From an uncultured Planctomycetaceae bacterium (GTDB lineage Bacteria; Planctomycetota; Planctomycetia; Planctomycetales; Planctomycetaceae): a stretch of 64,000 nucleotides of DNA. The notes beneath the pieces are model-generated. The model saw nothing but the letters and a program-made list of their open reading frames with translations. It was not told where the DNA came from and made no database searches. Both the position numbers and the translations under genes were made by a program. Each line of letters opens with the position of its first letter. Positions within the stretch are counted from its first letter, which is position 1. The DNA is taken from positions 1-64,000 of the forward strand of contig CAWFGE010000005.1 in the NCBI GenBank assembly GCA_963815195.1. The letters are read 5' to 3'. Below, piece by piece: positions 43,481 to 56,589 of this stretch.

Positions 43481-44797
43481 TCAATCGTTGACATGCGTTT
43501 CCAGGAAGCGGGCGAGTTTGTGGAAGTCGGATTCGATCTTGATGTACCGCACCACCGTCACGAGGTTTTCCGGGTTGACGAGTTTCTCGAACGGGACGTA
43601 GTGCAGATCGAGTTGGCCGGAGACCGAGACCATCACGCCGTTGAGCCGCTCTTCGACCAAAGCCCGAAAAGCTCCGACGCCGAGCTGGCTGCCGAGCATC
43701 ACATCGAACGCCTGCGGGCGGGAGCAGCGGGACTCGTACCCCAACTGAATTCCTTTCACTCGGCGTTTGACGCCCGTTTGCCGCTGGTATTCTTTCTGCA
43801 CGAGCCTCGCGAACATTTTTCCGAGATCGACGTGCGAGACGGAAATGTGCCCGTGGTCGTCGCGGGGGATGCCGTCGAGCATGTCGTCGGAAAGCAGCTC
43901 GGCGAGGCCTTCCGCGAGGACGATCACGCCGTATTCCTTGCCTTCCCGCTCTTCGCGGGCCCGCATTGTGCGGACAATCCGCCCCACGACTTCCTCGAAT
44001 TTCATAATCGTGCGGGTTTCGCCTTGGTTGTTGGTCTCCTGCTGGGCATATTTGCCGCGGATGTCCTCCACGCTGATGACGAGGCTGGCTTCGCTGGCGA
44101 TCGCCGCCCCATAGGCCAGCCAGCCCGCGCTTCGGCCCATTGTCTCCACGACGAAGTAGCTGCGGTCGGACTCGGCATCGGCCAGGAGGTTTCGCATCTC
44201 GCCGGCCAACTGCTCGACCGCGGTGAAATAACCGAAGGTGAAATCGATGCCCATGTAGTCGTTGTCGATGGTTTTGGGCACGTGGACGATCGGGATCGGA
44301 TGGCTGCCTGCGGGCAGTTTCTCTTGAAAGAGCTTGAACTTGTTGGCGGTCTTGAGCGTGTCGTCCCCGCCGATGGACACGAGCAAATCGACATCCAAAG
44401 ATTTCAAGGCTTCGTACACGGTGCTCAAGGGAGCGACGGCTTCGGGGTTGTTCAGATCGGCGGGCGAGCTGACGAATTTCCCCGGATTCGCGCGGGCGGT
44501 GCCGATCATAATTCCCGCGGTGTTGCGGGTCCGCTGCAGGCGACCTTGGTCGAGGATCACATAATCGTGGCCTTCCTGCATGGGATGGCCGGGGGAAAAT
44601 TCCATCAAGCGGGAATAGCCGTAGCGAATGCCCAACACTTCGATGTTGTTGCGGCGGAAGGACGCGGCGGCGGTGGAGATCACGGCATTCGCGGCGGGGG
44701 CCGGCCCGCCGGAAAACAAGATGGCGGCCCGGCGGAAATTGTGCGCGACCGAAGGCGGCGCGCCGATGGGAGATTGTTCAATCGAATCGGAAGACAT
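43481..44797 (-). CDS. 6-phosphofructokinase, probably PPi-dependent
   Basis: SGGPAP, GGDDT, PKTIDND, MGRSAG. Confidence 0.9.
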   Translation of the reverse strand: MSSDSIEQSPIGAPPSVAHNFRRAAILFSGGPAPAANAVISTAAASFRRNNIEVLGIRYGYSRLMEFSPGHPMQEGHDYVILDQGRLQRTRNTAGIMIGTARANPGKFVSSPADLNNPEAVAPLSTVYEALKSLDVDLLVSIGGDDTLKTANKFKLFQEKLPAGSHPIPIVHVPKTIDNDYMGIDFTFGYFTAVEQLAGEMRNLLADAESDRSYFVVETMGRSAGWLAYGAAIASEASLVISVEDIRGKYAQQETNNQGETRTIMKFEEVVGRIVRTMRAREEREGKEYGVIVLAEGLAELLSDDMLDGIPRDDHGHISVSHVDLGKMFARLVQKEYQRQTGVKRRVKGIQLGYESRCSRPQAFDVMLGSQLGVGAFRALVEERLNGVMVSVSGQLDLHYVPFEKLVNPENLVTVVRYIKIESDFHKLARFLETHVND

Positions 44798-45239
44798 GGC
44801 AGATCATCAGCGGCAAAGTGGTACAAGAAACTCGGGAACATTCCACCAGAGGGTTGTTGTTCCCACAAGGATTGATGGTAGTTCTTCCGCACGGCCGGTT
44901 CCAGGCAGAACGCCCCGACCCCGTGATCTGAGCAGCAATCGTGCTCCCGCACCGTAAGCGCTGCCGGATTCCACTTTCTCACTTTGGGCATCATCCCACC
45001 ACGCAGACCAACGGGAAGAAGAATTCCGCTCCGCAATGATCCGCATTGGCTGCCGCTCCCTTGCGTTCGAGGAAATCGGCGGTTTTTTGTCGTGATTCAA
45101 ATGAAAACACGGTCCCCGGGAATTCTCGGGGGAATACGCTGAACCGGAAATGTCAGCTTTTGTCACAGAGGGCAATTTCTCGCCACAGGGCCGGCATACC
45201 TACAAAGCGGGAGCCGCGCTGCCCGGCGGTTCGCCTGTT

Positions 45240-45701
45240 TCATGAACTTGGCAATGCGGATACTTCGAATTTCGTGGACCAAATTCGTTGAATCCAGATG
45301 ATCACCATGATGGAAGCGGTCATGGTGGTCGCCCCCGCGGCAATCAGGCTTATTGTTAGGGCGGAATACAGGCAGTGGGAGGGTTCCGGCCGACGTTCTT
45401 TTTCGAACCGAATTTGTTTGGGTTCCGTCCAATTTGACTCAGGCTGTTTGAGCACCAACTCGACACGGTCCAACCCGATGGAGCTTAAGTCCGGTTTGAA
45501 TTGTTCCAGGCGAAACCCCTGATCACAGTTTTCGAGCAACCGGTTAACCGCCTCAAGTGGGGACGTGCCCTTGCCGCCGAATCCGCGAGGCGAGCCCCCG
45601 TCGAACCGGGCCAGCCAGTTTTTGCTGCTTTGCTTTTCACAGATGATTCGGACCATCGTTGGCACCTTTCTGGATCGCAAAGTTAAATTGCATCCCCGCA
45701 A
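45240..45701 (-). CDS. Hypothetical protein
   Basis: 153-aa ORF with a C-terminal hydrophobic segment; no motif recognised. Confidence 0.3.
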   Translation of the reverse strand: MRGCNLTLRSRKVPTMVRIICEKQSSKNWLARFDGGSPRGFGGKGTSPLEAVNRLLENCDQGFRLEQFKPDLSSIGLDRVELVLKQPESNWTEPKQIRFEKERRPEPSHCLYSALTISLIAAGATTMTASIMVIIWIQRIWSTKFEVSALPSS

Positions 45702-46000
45702 AAAAACCCTACAACACGCGGAAGCGGTGATCCGATTTTTTTCCTACAACTGGATCAATTTCCCAGTCTTATCGGTTGATCGCGCGGAGCCTACTGCTTT
45801 TTCTGGATGCGCCGCGGTGCCGGATTCCTCGCGCCCACGTGTCCCGAGTTGCTCGGTCCGCGTACTCTCGGTGACGGCGGTACGCCCGACGGATAAAGTC
45901 TTTCTCCAAAACCGATAGGTTGTTTCTCGCGATTTCGATTTCCGGAATTCCCGCGAATCCTGTCCGCATTCTTTGGACGAGCGACATCTAATTGGCGGTG

Positions 46001-46037
46001 GGCCCCTCCTGTCGCAGGACAGGTTGGGCCTTTTTTT
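46001..46037 (+). terminator. Intrinsic terminator in the 5' leader of the RTX gene
   Basis: GGCCC-CT-CCTGTC-GCAG-GACAGG-TT-GGGCC-T7. Confidence 0.7.
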
Positions 46038-46086
46038 CGTCATGATCGGTCGAATGGCACGCCGTGCCGCCTCAAGGAGAGAAGTC

Positions 46087-49000
46087 ATGTTGCTGATCGA
46101 ATGGCTGTCGGGTCTTCGCAATCGTCGAGTCGTATCCTCTTCTCGCAACTCGCGCCGCCGGAGGCGTTCCAAACCGTTGGCGGTCCCGGCAGCAGCAGAA
46201 CTGCTTGAAAACCGTACACTCCTGTCGGCGCAGACCATTTTGCTTTCTCCCGAGGGGCAGCTAACGCTCACCGGCACCGAACAGGCCGACACGGTCAACG
46301 TGGAGATCGGAGACGACGGCCGGCTGCAGGCTTCGATCAAGACGGGGCTGGCCACGGAATCCGCCGACTTTGCCGCCGGCGATGTTTCGAGTATTCAATT
46401 CATCGGACTGGGCGGAGACGACATCTTCCGCAACAAGACCAATATCGCCACGACCGCGGACGGCGGACTGGGCGACGATCTGATTATCGGCGGCGGCGGC
46501 AACGACAACCTCGTCGGCGGCGACGGGAATGATGTCATCATCGGCGGCGGCGGAAATGATGCGATCCACGGAGACGCCGGTGCCGACAGGCTCTACGGCT
46601 CGCAGGGCGAGGACGCCATTGACGGCGGCATTGGCAATGATTTTCTCTCAGGTGGAGCGGGGCTGGATTCGCTCTCCGGAGGCGACGGTGACGATGAACT
46701 CCGAGCCGGTCTCGGGGACGATCTCCTCGACGGCGGAGCGGGAAACAATAAACTGGTCGCCGCGATCACTGTCACCACGCCGATCGCCGATTCATCCGTC
46801 GGGACGACCGAAGGCTCGGCTCTCAGTGACATTCTCTCCGCCGAGAACAAACAAGCCATTCGTGACGGCTTGAACTCTCTCGTGGCGAAGCTCACCGAGA
46901 CCACGGAGAACGGCACGGGCGCAGCTCGATCGGCTTTGGCGTTCACCCTTTCGGAAGGCCTTGTGGAAAATGTCAACACTTACCTCGACGATGCCAACGC
47001 CACAGCCGAGGGCCTCGCGAACGTGCTCCGCAACCTGAGCAGCACCTCGCCCGATGGCCTGTTCAGCGTCAACGTCGATGCGGACAACGTCAGCGTCACC
47101 GCGAACACTCAGGAGATTCGTTTCGCGTTGCGGGTCCAGGCGACGCGGATCGACTCGGCTTCCCTCGCCGACCTGACCAACGGGGTCGTTCAGGAAGTCA
47201 GCGACAATGTTTCGGTGGGCGGCCAACTGCAGGTGACAAACCAGATCGACTTGCAGCTGGCGTTCGGCGTCGATCTGACCGTTGCTGCGGAAACGCCCGC
47301 GGACCGGTTCTTCGTGGAACTCACGAATGCCGCCGTCGACACGCGGATCGAAGCGGAAGATCTGGACGTCCCCATTTCGATCAGTTTCATCGGTGCGGAA
47401 GCTTTCGACGGCTTTGTCCGCGTGAACTCCCGCGCGGCGGTGAACGCAACCAATTCCACCGGCGGCGCGCGGATTTACCGGAACCAGTTGGCGAGCGCGA
47501 ATATCTCCGCGAGCCTCACCGGGGCTTATCATGTGGAATTGCCGGTGAGCGTGAATGTGGGCAGCTTCTCGAAACAGACCGTGATCACGGCCATCAATGA
47601 CGACCTCTCCCTCAGCGATCTTCCGGACATCAACTTCGGCGATCTGAATCCGTTCGGCGGCGGGGCTTCCAGCTTCAGTTTCAGCTCGATCAACAAGGAG
47701 GCGATTCTCAATGCGCTGAAAAAGCTGAAAAACAAGCTGGCCGACGTTGCCAAGAATGCCTTGCTCGATACGCCTCTGCCTTTTGCCAAGAGTATCAGCG
47801 TGGCGGATGCGATTCGCATCGGTGACGCCTTCAGCGATCAAATTCTCGATCAATTGTCGAAGCCCGGTGCGAACGGGGACCTGGTTCCCGACTTCAACAC
47901 CGCTCAGGAGTTCGCCGAGAAGCTGGCGACCGCCCTCGGCGTCGATCCTTCCGAATACAGCGGCGACATCTACAATCCCGAGACCCAGGAACTGACGTTT
48001 GATATCAATTTCTCGAAAGCCTTCCAGCAAACGATCGATCTGGCGTTCGAAGCGGACATCGCCGGCGTTACGGACTTTCAACTGGGGAGCGCCGCGTCTC
48101 CGAATCCTCAATTGGTGCTGACGTCAAATGTGTCGGGCAGCTTTGTGTTCAAGGTCAACCTGGCCGCCGACGCCGAGACTCCGTTCGCGGTGGAGCAGGC
48201 CGACTTTCAAATCACCGTAAGCGCCGTCGCCGACGACATCGATGGATCGGCCCGCATCGGGGCGTTCGGAATCGACTTGGTCGACGGCAGTGCTTCGGTG
48301 AATCTCAGCGTCGGCGTGTCCGCGCAGAATCTGACCGATCTCGATCAACTCAGTCTGACTCCGACCTTGAGCGGCTCCGCCTCGGCGAGCGTTCCGGTGC
48401 AACTGGCCGCGGACATCGGTGGCATCGCGCTGCCCACGGGCACATCTTTGGCCTTTAGTTTAAGCGACGTCACAAATCCCGGCGGTCTGGTCGCGAACTT
48501 GACCTCGCAAGTTGAGGGCGAACTCGACGGACTCGTGGATTCCTTGGAAGCCGTTGCCGTCGCCCATGTGATCGATGGGATCGAGCAGCTTGTCGATTTC
48601 TTGAGAGACGTTCAATCCGGCGGCGTGTTCCAGCAGAAGATCCCCATCGTGGGGCAAAGCCTGTCGGACCTTCTGGACATTTCCGAACGGCTCGATGCCC
48701 TGGCCCAGGAACTCGATCAGAACCCGCCCGCAACGATTGATGAAGCCTTGGACCGCATCAATCAGCTTTTGGACTCTGTCTCTGTAAACTTCAGCGTGCC
48801 CGACCGGATACTGGAGTTCGATCTGAACTATGCCTTCGACAAGTCCGCGCAGGTGGATTTGAGCTTCGACCTCGACGATTCCCTGAATGCCGGCGTTCTG
48901 GAGGATTTTGTGACGGTCTCGGCGTCGGCACCGATCGAAGTCGGGATCAGCGGCACGGCGGCTTTGGGGCTGGTGATCGATCTGGGCGGCGCGGGGCCGG

Positions 49001-52000
49001 TGTTCGCGATCAAGGATTCCAGCCAGGTTCAGCTCGGGGCCTTGATCGACGCCCCGGACATCGACCTGGAAGCCTCGATCGGGCCCTTGGGCATCTTCGT
49101 GGAAAACGGCCAGTTGCATTTGGACAACGGCACCACCGGCCAGGCGGCGACGTTGACGGTGGGTCTCGAAAACGGCATCGATTCCCGCCACACGCTCGGC
49201 TCGGCCATCGATGCCGTGGATGTGAACTTCACCGGCCGCTTGGAAGCCGATCTGCCCGTTGCGTTCCCGACCCGGGACAACGCCCTGGGACCCATCGGCC
49301 TGTCGGTGGGGAATCTGGAGCAGATCGTCGCGACAACGACTCTCACGCAGCCCGACTTCAGCCAGATCATTGCCAGCTTCGATCTGTCGAACGCCCTCGA
49401 CCTGATCGTCGAAGGCTTCGATCAGATTCTGGGACGGGTGGAGCAGGGTCTCGAAGGCCGGGATTTGCCGTTAATCGGCAAGAATCTCTCCGAAGTGACG
49501 GGATTCCTCAAGGACATCCGCGAGAAGTTCGTCACCACGCTGGAAAACGTGGACACGTTGACTCAGGAGACAATCCAGCAGGCGATCTTCGACGCCTTCG
49601 GTCCGGCCGGCCTCGACATCCTCAAAGAACGGCTGGACGATCTGGACGATGCGTTGACCGTGGATGATGTGAAGCTGGATTTGATCACGGAGGCGGGGCT
49701 GTTGGAGGACATCACGTACGACTTTGACCTCGCCGGCGATTACACCGTCTCGCAGCCGATCAATCTGGACCTGGGCCTCGACGGATTGGGGCTCGATGTC
49801 GATGCGGACCTGCATCTCGACGTGGACTACGAGATTTCCGTGGGCTTCGGCATCAGCCGGGATTCTGGGTTCTTCATCAAGACCGAGACGCCTGACGGCG
49901 ATCCCGAGTTTCAAATCGACGTCGATGCCACGCTCTCCGATCCCAATTCCCCGACTCCCGCGCAAGTGACGGCGGACTTGTTCTTCCTGAAGTTCACCGC
50001 GACCGATCAGCAGGTGACAAGGCCCGACGGCTCGACGTCGGGCAGCTATTTTGCGGGGACCTTTTCGATCGATCTCACCGATCCCGGCCAGGACGACGGC
50101 CGATTGACGCTCTCGGAACTCAGCTCCTTCGCCGATGCGATCGATGTGGATCTGGAGGCAACCGCCCATGTGGCGTTGGGGCTCGAAGCGGGCGTCGGCA
50201 ATAGCACCGGTTTTCCACGGCTGGCGGCGGATTTCGAACTCCTTTGGCAGTTCGACACCAGCGATCCGAACCTCGACGGCTCGATCCAGCGGTTGGGATT
50301 CAACAACGTCCGGCTGAACCTGAACGATTTCGTGACCAACACGCTCAATCCGGTGCTTGAGAAGATCGATGACATCCTGTCGCCGATCGAGCCCATCGCC
50401 AACGCGCTCGGCACGAACATCCCGTTCCTGGCGACGCTCCGGGGCACCAGCACCTATACGCTCCTCGACCTCGCCCGAGATATTGCCACGAACGATGCCA
50501 TCAAGGAACTCTTCGGCGGAACGGGCGAATTCAGCGAGTCCACACTCGAGTTCGTGGACAGGATTCGCACCCTGAGCGACTTCCATACGCAGGTCGAGGA
50601 CTTGTTCAACACGATCGGCAGCGGTTTTGTGAGCTTCGGCGACCTGAAACTCGACGCGGCGGCGGCACTCGACGCCAACAACCTCGGCAAGTTGACGGCG
50701 GCGGCGGGTTCCGGTGCCGGCAGCGAATTGGATGCGGCGGATCAACAGAAAGTCGAGGACTTCAAAGATCAGACCGGTTTCTCGCTGCCGGTCTTGGAGA
50801 ACCCCGGGCAGTTGTTCGGGCTGCTTTTGGGGCAGGACATCGACCTGGCGACTTTCGATCTGCCGAAGTTGGACTTTGAATTCGGCTTCGACAAATTCTT
50901 CCCGATTGTGGGTCCCTTAGGTGTGCACGTTGCGGGCGACATTGGGGCGACCGCCGATTTGCAGTTCGGCTTCAACACGGCGGGACTGCGGCAGTTCGCC
51001 GACGGCGGCTATGAATCGCCCGAGCTGATCCTGAACGGCCTTTATATCAGCGATACGCTGAACGGCCAAAAGGGGGCCAAGGATATCCCCGAGCTCCAGG
51101 TCTTCGGCCAACTGTCGGCTTCGGCGGAACTCAATGCGGGCATCTTTTCCATCGGCGGCGGCGGAGCTTTGGTCGCGACGTTCACGGCCGACCTCCACGA
51201 CCCCAACCAGGACGGCCGGTTGTACCTCCAGGAGCTGGTGGGCGGATTTGACAGCGGCGGCCTCACGGGGTTGTTCGATTTGAGCGGCAACGTGACCGCG
51301 GAACTCAAGGTCTACGCGAAGGCCTTGTTTGTGACGTACGAACGGACGCTCGCCGACTTTGAATTGTTCAGCTTTTCCGACACGCCCGATCCCGTGCCCG
51401 CGCTTGGAACGGTGACCGGGGGAACGCTGACGTTGAACCTGAATGACGGGGCGGATGACACCATCGTCGTCACCCAAGGCCAGCAGCCGGGCGATGTGGT
51501 CGTGACGAGTTACTCAGGCGGCACGACGGTCTCGGAAAGCTTCACGGGCGTGACGCACATCGTCGGGAACGCCGGAGCCGGCAATGACAGCATCCGCATC
51601 GACGGCACGGTGACTGCGACTGTCGATTTGAGCGGCGGCTTGGGCAACGACACGCTCGAAGCCGGCGGCGGCGAGGCAACGCTCCACGGCAATGACGGCA
51701 ACGATACCCTGATCGCCACCATTACCAAGGCCAGCCTGTTCGGAGATGATGGGGACGATGTTCTGAAAGGCGGCTTGGGCGACGATACGCTCGAAGGCGG
51801 CAACGACAGCGACATGTTGGACGGCGGCGCGGGAAATGACACTCTCCGCGGCAGACAAGGAAACGACATCCTCCTTGGCGGGGCCGGGAATGATCGGCTC
51901 GAGGGCGAAGAAAATGACGACACGCTCGACGGTGGAGCCGGTAACGACCTTCTCATTGGCGGCGACGGCAACGACCTGCTGAAAGGCGGTGACGGAAATG

Positions 52001-55000
52001 ACACGCTGCAAGGCGACGCCGGCAACGATCTGCTGCAAGGCGACGCCGGCAACGATCTCCTGCACGGCGGGATCGGCGATGACACCCTCGAAGGCGGCCG
52101 GGAGGATGACCGGCTTGAAGGCGACGACGGCCTCGATCAACTCTTCGGCGGGCTTGGGGCCGACCTCCTGTTCGGCGGTCTCGACAACGACCGCCTCGAC
52201 GGCGGTCTGGGCAATGACAAGCTGTTCGGCGGCGACGGCGACGATTCCCTCCAAGGGAGCGCAGGGAACGATAAACTCTCCGGCGAGGACGGTTCGGACA
52301 TCCTCTCAGGCGGCGACGGCGACGATCTTCTCTTCGGCTACCTGGCGGCGATCGCCGCCGACGGACAGATCACCGGCGATAACGTCTCGCCTGACGGCGA
52401 TGATCAACTCGATGGCGACGCAGGCAACGACCGTTTGTTCGGCGGCCAAGGGAACGACCGGCTCGAAGGCGGCACCGGTTCGGATGTGTTGAGAGGCCAG
52501 CAAGGCCAGGATCGCATTGTCTACAACGTCACATTGAACGACCCGACCGGTGTGGACGACCTCTCCGGCGGCACGGATTTCGACACGATCGAGATCGAGG
52601 GGACCGACGCCGACGATGATTTGCAGGTTCGGGAATTGGAACCGGGACGTTTCGTCGTCGAACGCCGGGAACCCGGCACCGACAACGTGACCCACTCCTA
52701 CGAAATCACCCTGCCGGCGGACTTCCTCGACCGCGACATCGAAGTCTTGCAGATCAGCGGCCTCGGTGGAAACGACGTGATCCAGGCCTTTGGGAAATTC
52801 ACTGTCAACGAACTGAAGATCGACGGCGGAGCCGGGGATGACACCATCATCGGCAGCGACCGGGGCGATCTGCTATTCGGCTCGGGCGGCGACGACGTGA
52901 TCCACGGCGGCCTGGGCGAGGATGAACTCCAGGGCGGCGAAGGCAACGATGAACTCTTCGGCGAAGAAGGCACCGATGCCCTCTTCGGCGGCGATGGCAA
53001 CGATTCGCTCTACGGCGGCGAAGGCTTCGACATTGTCTACGGCGGCCTGGGACAGGATTATCTCGAAGCGGGGGATGACCTCCTCGGCGACCTCCTTTAC
53101 GGCGATACGGACGATGAAAGCATCGGCGATAACGACATCATCAAGGGCGGCGCCGGGATCGACTTCATCTTCGGCGGCGGCGGTGATGACGATATCGACG
53201 GCGGCGGCCTGGGCGATGTGATTCATGGCAACGGTGGGAATGATACGATCGTCGGCGGCGGGGCGCGACTTCATCGATGGCGGCGCAGGCGACGACTACC
53301 TGTACGCCAACACCACCGATCCGCTAGCCGAAAGCGTTCCTTCAACGATCAACTATCTTGAAATCCTGACCGAACTCAATAATCGCGAAAACGCATTGAT
53401 CGATGAGTTGGTCGATCTGGATGATCCCGACGACCCGAACGATCCCAACGATTTCGTCGGCCGGATCCACCGGTTGGAGCAGCAAATTGCGGTGCTGACG
53501 GACCTGGATCCGAATCATCCCGATCTGCCCGCACTTGAGGAACAATTAGCCGCGCTGATCGTGCAGAGAACGACGATCAGCAACTCGATCGTTTTCATCA
53601 ACAAAGCGAAGGAAGATGTGCTGCCTTACCAGACCATCAGCACCGATGTGCTGATCGGCCAGGAAGGGAACGATTTCCTGTTCGGCAGCTCGAACGTCGA
53701 TCGGCTTATCGGCGGCAGTGGCAATGACACGATCGTGCACTCGGCCGGCGATGACTTCGTCTTCGGCGGAACCGACCCGATCAAAGACGGCACCAGCATC
53801 GACAGCGAACGCGACGAATACCGCGTCCTCGGCACCCAGGGAGACGATGTGATCGTGGTTGAACTCCGACAAGGCGCTGACGGTTCGCCGGAAGTGTTCG
53901 TAACGGTCAACGGCGTTTCAACATTGGCGTCGCGGCTGGGAATTGAAGTCGCGGGCGTTGATGCCCTCGGTGGAAATGACCAGGTGACGGTCGAGTTCGG
54001 CAAGAATGCCGGACTGCCGGGTGGAATCGATATTCACGGCGGCGCGGGGAATGACACCCTCATCGCCGGCCCAGCGGCGGACGTCCCCGACAGTGAGTTG
54101 GCTCAAACGCCTGTCGTGATTTTTGGCGATGACGGCAACGACGCCATCACCGGCGGCAAGAGCAAGAACTTCCTCGACGGCGGCGCAGGCAATGACCTCA
54201 TCACCGGCGGGGAGATCGATGATTCGATCTTCGGCGGCGACGGCGACGACACCCTCATCGGCGGCGCCGGGATCGATAACATCGACGGCGGCGCCGGCAA
54301 CGACTCGCTCGATGGCGGAGACCAGGACGATACGCTCACCGGCGGCGCCGGCAACGATTCGCTCGCAGGCGGAATCCGGGAATGACACGCTCGACGGCGG
54401 TGCGGATGACGACCTCCTCGTCGGCGGGGACGGGGTGGACTCCTTCATCGGAGGCACCGGCATCGACCGCATCGTGGAGACCGCGACCTACAGCTATACC
54501 ACCCTGACGGATACGGTGCTCGAACAAAGGATTCTCTCGTTCCTGGCACCGGCCGTGAGCGAGTCGCTCAGCGGAATCGAACAGGCCGAGTTGACCGCGC
54601 CGGCGGCGTCGCAGACCTCGATCAATGCGGGCGCCTTCTCCGGCTATGTCAAGCTCGACGGCAGCCGCGCGACGTACAGCACCGACCTGAGGGCCGGCCA
54701 CGGCGGTTCGCTGCTCATCGGCAGTAACGGCAGCGACCAGCTTTACGGAGGCGACGGCGACGATGTCATCGAGGCAGGCAATGCCGGCGATATCGTCAGC
54801 GGCGGCCTGGGCTTCAATACCATCAATGCCGGTGACGACGGTGCGAGCGACCTGCTCGTCGAAATTCTGGATGTCAACTTCACGTTGTACGACACGGTGC
54901 TCTATATCACGGGCGGCCAGACGCTTTTGAACGGAATCGAACGCGCTTCGCTTACCGGCGGGGCCGGTAATAACATCATCAACGCCTACTACTTCTCCGG

Positions 55001-55895
55001 CGAGACGACCCTCAACGGAGGGGACGGCAACGACACAATCTACGGCTCCAACACAGCCCGCGATAACATCAACGGCGGCAATGGAGACGATTATCTCTAC
55101 GGCTACGGAGGCGACGATTACCTCTACGGCGACGGAGGAAGCGACCGGATCTACGGGGGCAACGGCAACGACTACCTCCATAGCGGGATCGGATTCGTGA
55201 CCGATTACCTTTACGGCGGAGCCGGCAACGACGCACTCTACGCGGCCGCCATCATCAACTACCTTTACGGCGAAGACGGGGATGATACGCTGCAAGCCCT
55301 CGACAACACCGTCGATAACCACTTCTACGGCGGGTACGGAAACGACTACCTCTACGGCAGTTACTATGCCGATTACCTCGACGGAGGCGAAGGATACGAC
55401 CGGCTCTACGGCTACGGCGGAAATGACACCCTCTACGGCCAGGGCGGCAATGATTACCTCTATGGCGGAGACGGGGACGACTACCTCAACGGCGGGGCCG
55501 ACAACGACTTCATCTATGGGGAGTACGGCAATGACACGCTCGTGAGCGGAGGCGGCTCCTACGATTACCTCATCGGCAGCTACGGCAACGATCGCCTGTA
55601 CGGCGGCTATTACACAACCAATTACCTCTACGGAGACGACGGAAATGACTACCTCTACGGCGGCAACTACAATGACTACCTCTACGGAGGGTCCGGCACG
55701 GACTATCTCTACGGCTACGGCGGCAATGACTATCTGCACGCAGGCTACGACAACGTCGCCGACTACCTCTACGGCGGCGACGGATACGACACCTATGTGA
55801 CGTACTACTACGTCTATGGTTACTTCAACATCCGAATTCGTCCGGACTCCATCAGCGACAGCACGATCGGCAGTCACTACGAGTATCAGTATTGA
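46087..55895 (+). CDS. Giant RTX/hemolysin-type Ca-binding surface protein, ~3270 aa (frameshifts near 53262 and 54378)
   Basis: AAGGAG RBS; N-terminal RRRR...ELLENRTLLS planctomycete motif; many GGxGxDxL nonapeptides continuing across three overlapping frames. Confidence 0.85.
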
Positions 55896-55926
55896 TTGGC
55901 CGATCCGAGCCGGCGTTGACCACGTC

Positions 55927-55968
55927 CCCCGCAGCGGCACCAAAAGCCGTTGCGGGGCTTTGTTTGTT
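55927..55968 (+). terminator. Intrinsic terminator after the RTX gene
   Basis: CCCCGCAGCGGC-ACCAAAA-GCCGTTGCGGGG followed by a T-rich tract. Confidence 0.7.
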
Positions 55969-56214
55969 CGCTAGGCAGAGAGACAAGTCGCCGGCCACCA
56001 TCCCCGTACAAAAATGAAACCGGTAGCCAGCCCGTGGAAATGCGGTTTTGTCACTGCATGAGGGAATTGCGGTGCAACGCGAGAGAAAAGACTGATTTCG
56101 GCCGATTTGGCTCGGTCAAGCACGGACTACTACGGGCGCAGTAAAAAGGAACCAGAGCTTTGATGCCGTCAGGCCGCTCGCCGCTCGCAATGCTTCAGGA
56201 ATCGGCCCGGGCCT

Positions 56215-56284
56215 GAGCCGCGCACGAAGTAAACGGCCTTGCGTTGTCGGAGTTCCTGAAAACCGCTTACTTCGTGCGCGGCTC
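56215..56284. repeat. REP-like palindrome family A, copy 3
   Basis: GAGCCGCGCACGAAGTAAACGG...CCGCTTACTTCGTGCGCGGCTC. Confidence 0.85.
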
Positions 56285-56589
56285 TTGAAACCAAACCAAT
56301 TTCCTGAGCTTTTTTGGAACTACGGAAATCGTAAAGCCTTGAATACGGCACTCTGAATGACTTTTGGCGACCGACCCCCTTCGGCAGAAGATGTTTCGAT
56401 GTTTCCTTCTCGATTTGACACCTTGGACTTGACTGCTTAAAATGCAACTGAACCGGTTGATGAACGACGGTCAAAACTCGGTCGTGACGGCCCCAGGTGC
56501 CATGTTGCATCCAGGGGCTTTTTTCATGCGCTGGTCGGTTGAAATGAATGTTGTCCCCAGATCCCCATTAGCACAAAGGAGTCCAAACC

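Noticed and set aside
45700..45960. c-di-GMP-I aptamer upstream of the RTX gene
   Set aside because: The GCAAA/GAAA P2 signature is not present.
51700..55800. 27-bp periodic DNA repeats as an array or DGR target
   Set aside because: Fully explained by RTX nonapeptide coding; no reverse transcriptase in the window.
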